Assembly (NCBI RefSeq): GCF_964355755.1
Contig: NC_092678.1
Coordinates: 512,422 to 576,421, forward strand
DNA from: Antedon mediterranea
Taxonomy: Eukaryota > Animalia > Echinodermata
DNA: 64,000 nt
Direction of reading: 5' to 3'
The notes under the pieces are model-generated. The model made no database searches. It was not told the origin of the DNA and saw only the letters and a list, made by a program, of their open reading frames with translations. A program made the position numbers and the translations under genes. Shown here piece after piece: positions 61,356 through 64,000 of the stretch. Position 1 is the stretch's first letter, and each line of letters begins with the position of its first letter.

Positions 61356-61446
61356 AGCTCTGTCTACACTATCAAACTTTGTGACAACAAAATGTGACAT
61401 CACACTTTTTTTTTTGTCAACCGAATTTGATAGTGGAGACAGAGCT
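61356..61446. mobile_element. Harbinger-like MITE family A copy
   Basis: Family A TIRs with TAA TSD on both sides. Confidence 0.85.
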
Positions 61447-61589
61447 TAAGAAGATGATGAAGATTAATAATAAAAATAAAGGTCTAACACAACTGAATGG
61501 TCAAGCATAATCCCACGATGGGACTATAATTGGTCATAATGTTGAGATTGTCACTATGATTTGTTTGTGTGTTCTTCTCGTGACGATTA

Positions 61590-61733
<144 letters not shown>

Positions 61734-61785
61734 TCAATTCATTTTGGTGTAATTCTAAATATATGTTTTAATTTTTTTTTTTTAA

Positions 61786-62341
61786 AGATGTATTGTCCCT
61801 TGAAACACAAAAAATGAAAAAAAAAATATTCTAAATTTAAATTGGCCATATCAAAGTAATATCAAAGTAATATTAAAGTTATTCACTTTAAGTCGAAAAT
61901 TCGAGCCAAAAACAACAGTTTACGTAATTAACAGGTAAATTAATTAGATTACATTTTGTCTGAGAAATCGTCGCAAGCGAAAGTAAACAAAGATTTCAAA
62001 CCATGAGTATGTATTATGCATGATGCTAATTAGGATTGTTTACAACTCATCACGGTTGAGAAGGTGGTTTCACACAGATCGCGAGGAAGTTTTATGATTA
62101 TCCATACAGAGTAGCCAAACAAGCGCATTGCATTATGGGATATGTTTTGATTGAAAACTTTGACTGGAAGTCAAAGTTATTCTTTGAACAAAAAAACATC
62201 TGTATTTCGGTTAAATTATTTTTTTTTGGACTAGTTTTTGGTGAAAGTTAATAACTATTATGATACTTCAAAATGACCCACTTTTTTTCGAAATAAAAAA
62301 AAAAACTTTTTTTGGGAATTAGTCAAAGGGACAATACATCT
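61786..62341. mobile_element. Kolobok-like MITE in ANKRD16 intron 1
   Basis: ttaa|agatgtattgtccctt ... aagggacaatacatct|ttaa: TTAA TSD and AG...CT termini. Confidence 0.8.
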
Positions 62342-62607
62342 TTAAATAAAGAAAATGTTGATGAATGTCACAGCACAAGACAAAAACGTACTGTATTATA
62401 AACCCTTGTATTTTCATGGATCAGGTAGGGGTATATTGTAAAACAATGTTGTTGTTGTTTATCATCCCTTATTAAATTAATAATATAATCATATATTATG
62501 TTCATCTATCTTATTATATTCATCACCATAATTAGTATAGTAGTGATCAACAAGTTGGCCTAGTCTCTACCTAGAGCCCTACTAAAATATTCTACACACT
62601 TCCTTAC

Positions 62608-62954
62608 CAATCAGCGCGCTTTAAGGAATCTATGGTTACATTTAGGGAAAGCAGAAATTTGACACTAGCCAGGCTGCTAGAGGCTGCGGCCTCGTGGAGA
62701 GGTCGCTTCCCATCCAAATTCCCTGCCTCAAAATCGGCACCATGCTGGTTTAGTAGTTTCAAAACATCAATTTTACCATGCCTAGCCGCCGCATGAGCGA
62801 GGCAATCACCAGATTTTGTACTAGAGATATTAATTAACGATTTCGCGTCTTCCTTTTCATCCAATATTGACTGAAATTCATCAAAAGTGTGATTACCAAA
62901 AAGCAAAGATATCAAACGATCAACACTCAAATTTTTGTTTGTGAGTGCTGCCAT
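62608..62954 (-). CDS. ANKRD16: ANKRD16 exon 1 (in-frame upstream ATGs also at 62972 and 62975)
   Basis: GDCLAHAAARHG...KRPLHEAA...DSLKRADW matches the recalled human segments GDTLLHCAARHG...KRPLHEAA...DCLKKADW; the spliced product is about 368 aa. Confidence 0.93.
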
Positions 62955-62975
62955 ATTGTTTATATCTATCATCAT

Positions 62976-63070
62976 TCAAAATCACTCAACCATGACTTCA
63001 TAGGTAAAGCACGCGCCGAAACAAAAACATAAACACAGTGTTGTGGTGGTTTAATTTTCAGTAGGGTAGG
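62976..63070. promoter_or_regulatory. Probable bidirectional promoter or 5' ends of ANKRD16 and the FBH1-like gene
   Basis: Divergent ATGs only about 540 bp apart; candidate plus-strand 5'UTR intron (donor near 63066, acceptor tatcag ending at 63450). Confidence 0.45.
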
Positions 63071-63496
63071 TATTTCCTGAATGTGAATCCCCATATCCTA
63101 GGTTGAATATTAATGATTTTAGTAGATGATTATATTTGCCTTTTCCATTTGTTTACTAGTGTCACTTGCTAGGCTAAGCTCTATCTAGGCTAGGCCAACC
63201 AAGGTGAACCAAACTTGTCAGCAGTCACTGTGTCAGGGCAGATTGAAACTGGGTTTTTCCCAGGAAGGGATGTGGTATGCTGTGCTATTGTAGCCTGGAT
63301 CTAGGCCTAACTACTAGGCTGGGATAAACACGGGGCCAGTGACAGATCTCTGCCAATTTTTTTTTTTCAATAGTGTATTATTATTATTACTTTATTTTAC
63401 AACAAAAGTTTTATGTAAAACGTTATGTTAAATACCTATATCATTATCAGGTGACATAAAATTTTTTTTTTTTAAGTTTGCACTGTCATTTCAATA

Positions 63497-64000
63497 ATGG
63501 CAGATCAGAAGAAGAAAAAAATCCAAATGAACCATCAACAATGTGCTGAACATTCCGAAACAGCTGAGGGCACTCAACCTTTAAGGAACCCGCAGCTTGT
63601 AAAAAAGACCAGCATGGATATCAACAGAGGGTTATACCCTCGACCAAAAAGAACTAATGAAGATTCAAATGACCAATCACTTCAAAAGGGTAATGCTAAT
63701 TTTAGTCCTAAAAGAAAATTTATGGACGATGTCCCGTCGATGGCGAAACTAAAGATGAGTAGTCCGTCAACTTCTTTATTGCGCAATGACCTTGTATATG
63801 TACAACGTAACCGTGGAATTAAAAACAATGGAAGCTTGATAGACAATAGCCAACCCTCAACCAGTACTACTGTCCAATTAGAGGAGAATGAACACGTTTT
63901 AAAATCATGCGTTCAAAGGAATTTGAATGATCAGTATGGCGAGACAACAGAAGGAACGGAGTTTGATACGGACTCGTTGGAAGATGATGTCATGATCCGA
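63497..64000 (+). CDS. FBH1: N-terminal coding exon of F-box DNA helicase 1-like gene (open to the window edge)
   Basis: 168 open codons, MADQKKKKIQMNHQQC...TQP...DINRGLYPRPKR; resembles the recalled human FBH1 start MRRFKRKHLTAIDC...TQPF...DPNHGLYPKPR; divergent from ANKRD16 as in human. Confidence 0.75.
   Translation, partial: MADQKKKKIQMNHQQCAEHSETAEGTQPLRNPQLVKKTSMDINRGLYPRPKRTNEDSNDQSLQKGNANFSPKRKFMDDVPSMAKLKMSSPSTSLLRNDLVYVQRNRGIKNNGSLIDNSQPSTSTTVQLEENEHVLKSCVQRNLNDQYGETTEGTEFDTDSLEDDVMIR

Overview
AT-rich, intron-containing animal DNA, inferred to be an invertebrate deuterostome such as an echinoderm. From left to right: (1) the first two coding exons of a Prickle-like PET/LIM gene on the minus strand, running off the left edge and absent from the ORF track; (2) a complete Testin (TES; cysteine-rich + PET + 3 LIM) gene on the minus strand, about 499 aa, with three candidate alternative first coding exons and a candidate 27-nt microexon; (3) a co-oriented array of 10 intact class A GPCR genes with single-exon CDSs plus 2 gene fragments (39.0-58.4 kb), which looks like a lineage-specific chemoreceptor-type family undergoing birth-and-death evolution; (4) a 7-exon ANKRD16 gene head-to-head with the start of an FBH1-like gene. 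Introns and spacers hold a Helitron, hAT-like, P-like, pogo-like, Kolobok-like and Harbinger-like non-autonomous elements, a tRNA-derived SINE and many mini/microsatellites. Gene names come from recalled human protein sequences and motifs, not from a database search. Exon boundaries were read by hand from GT/AG sites and phase continuity.
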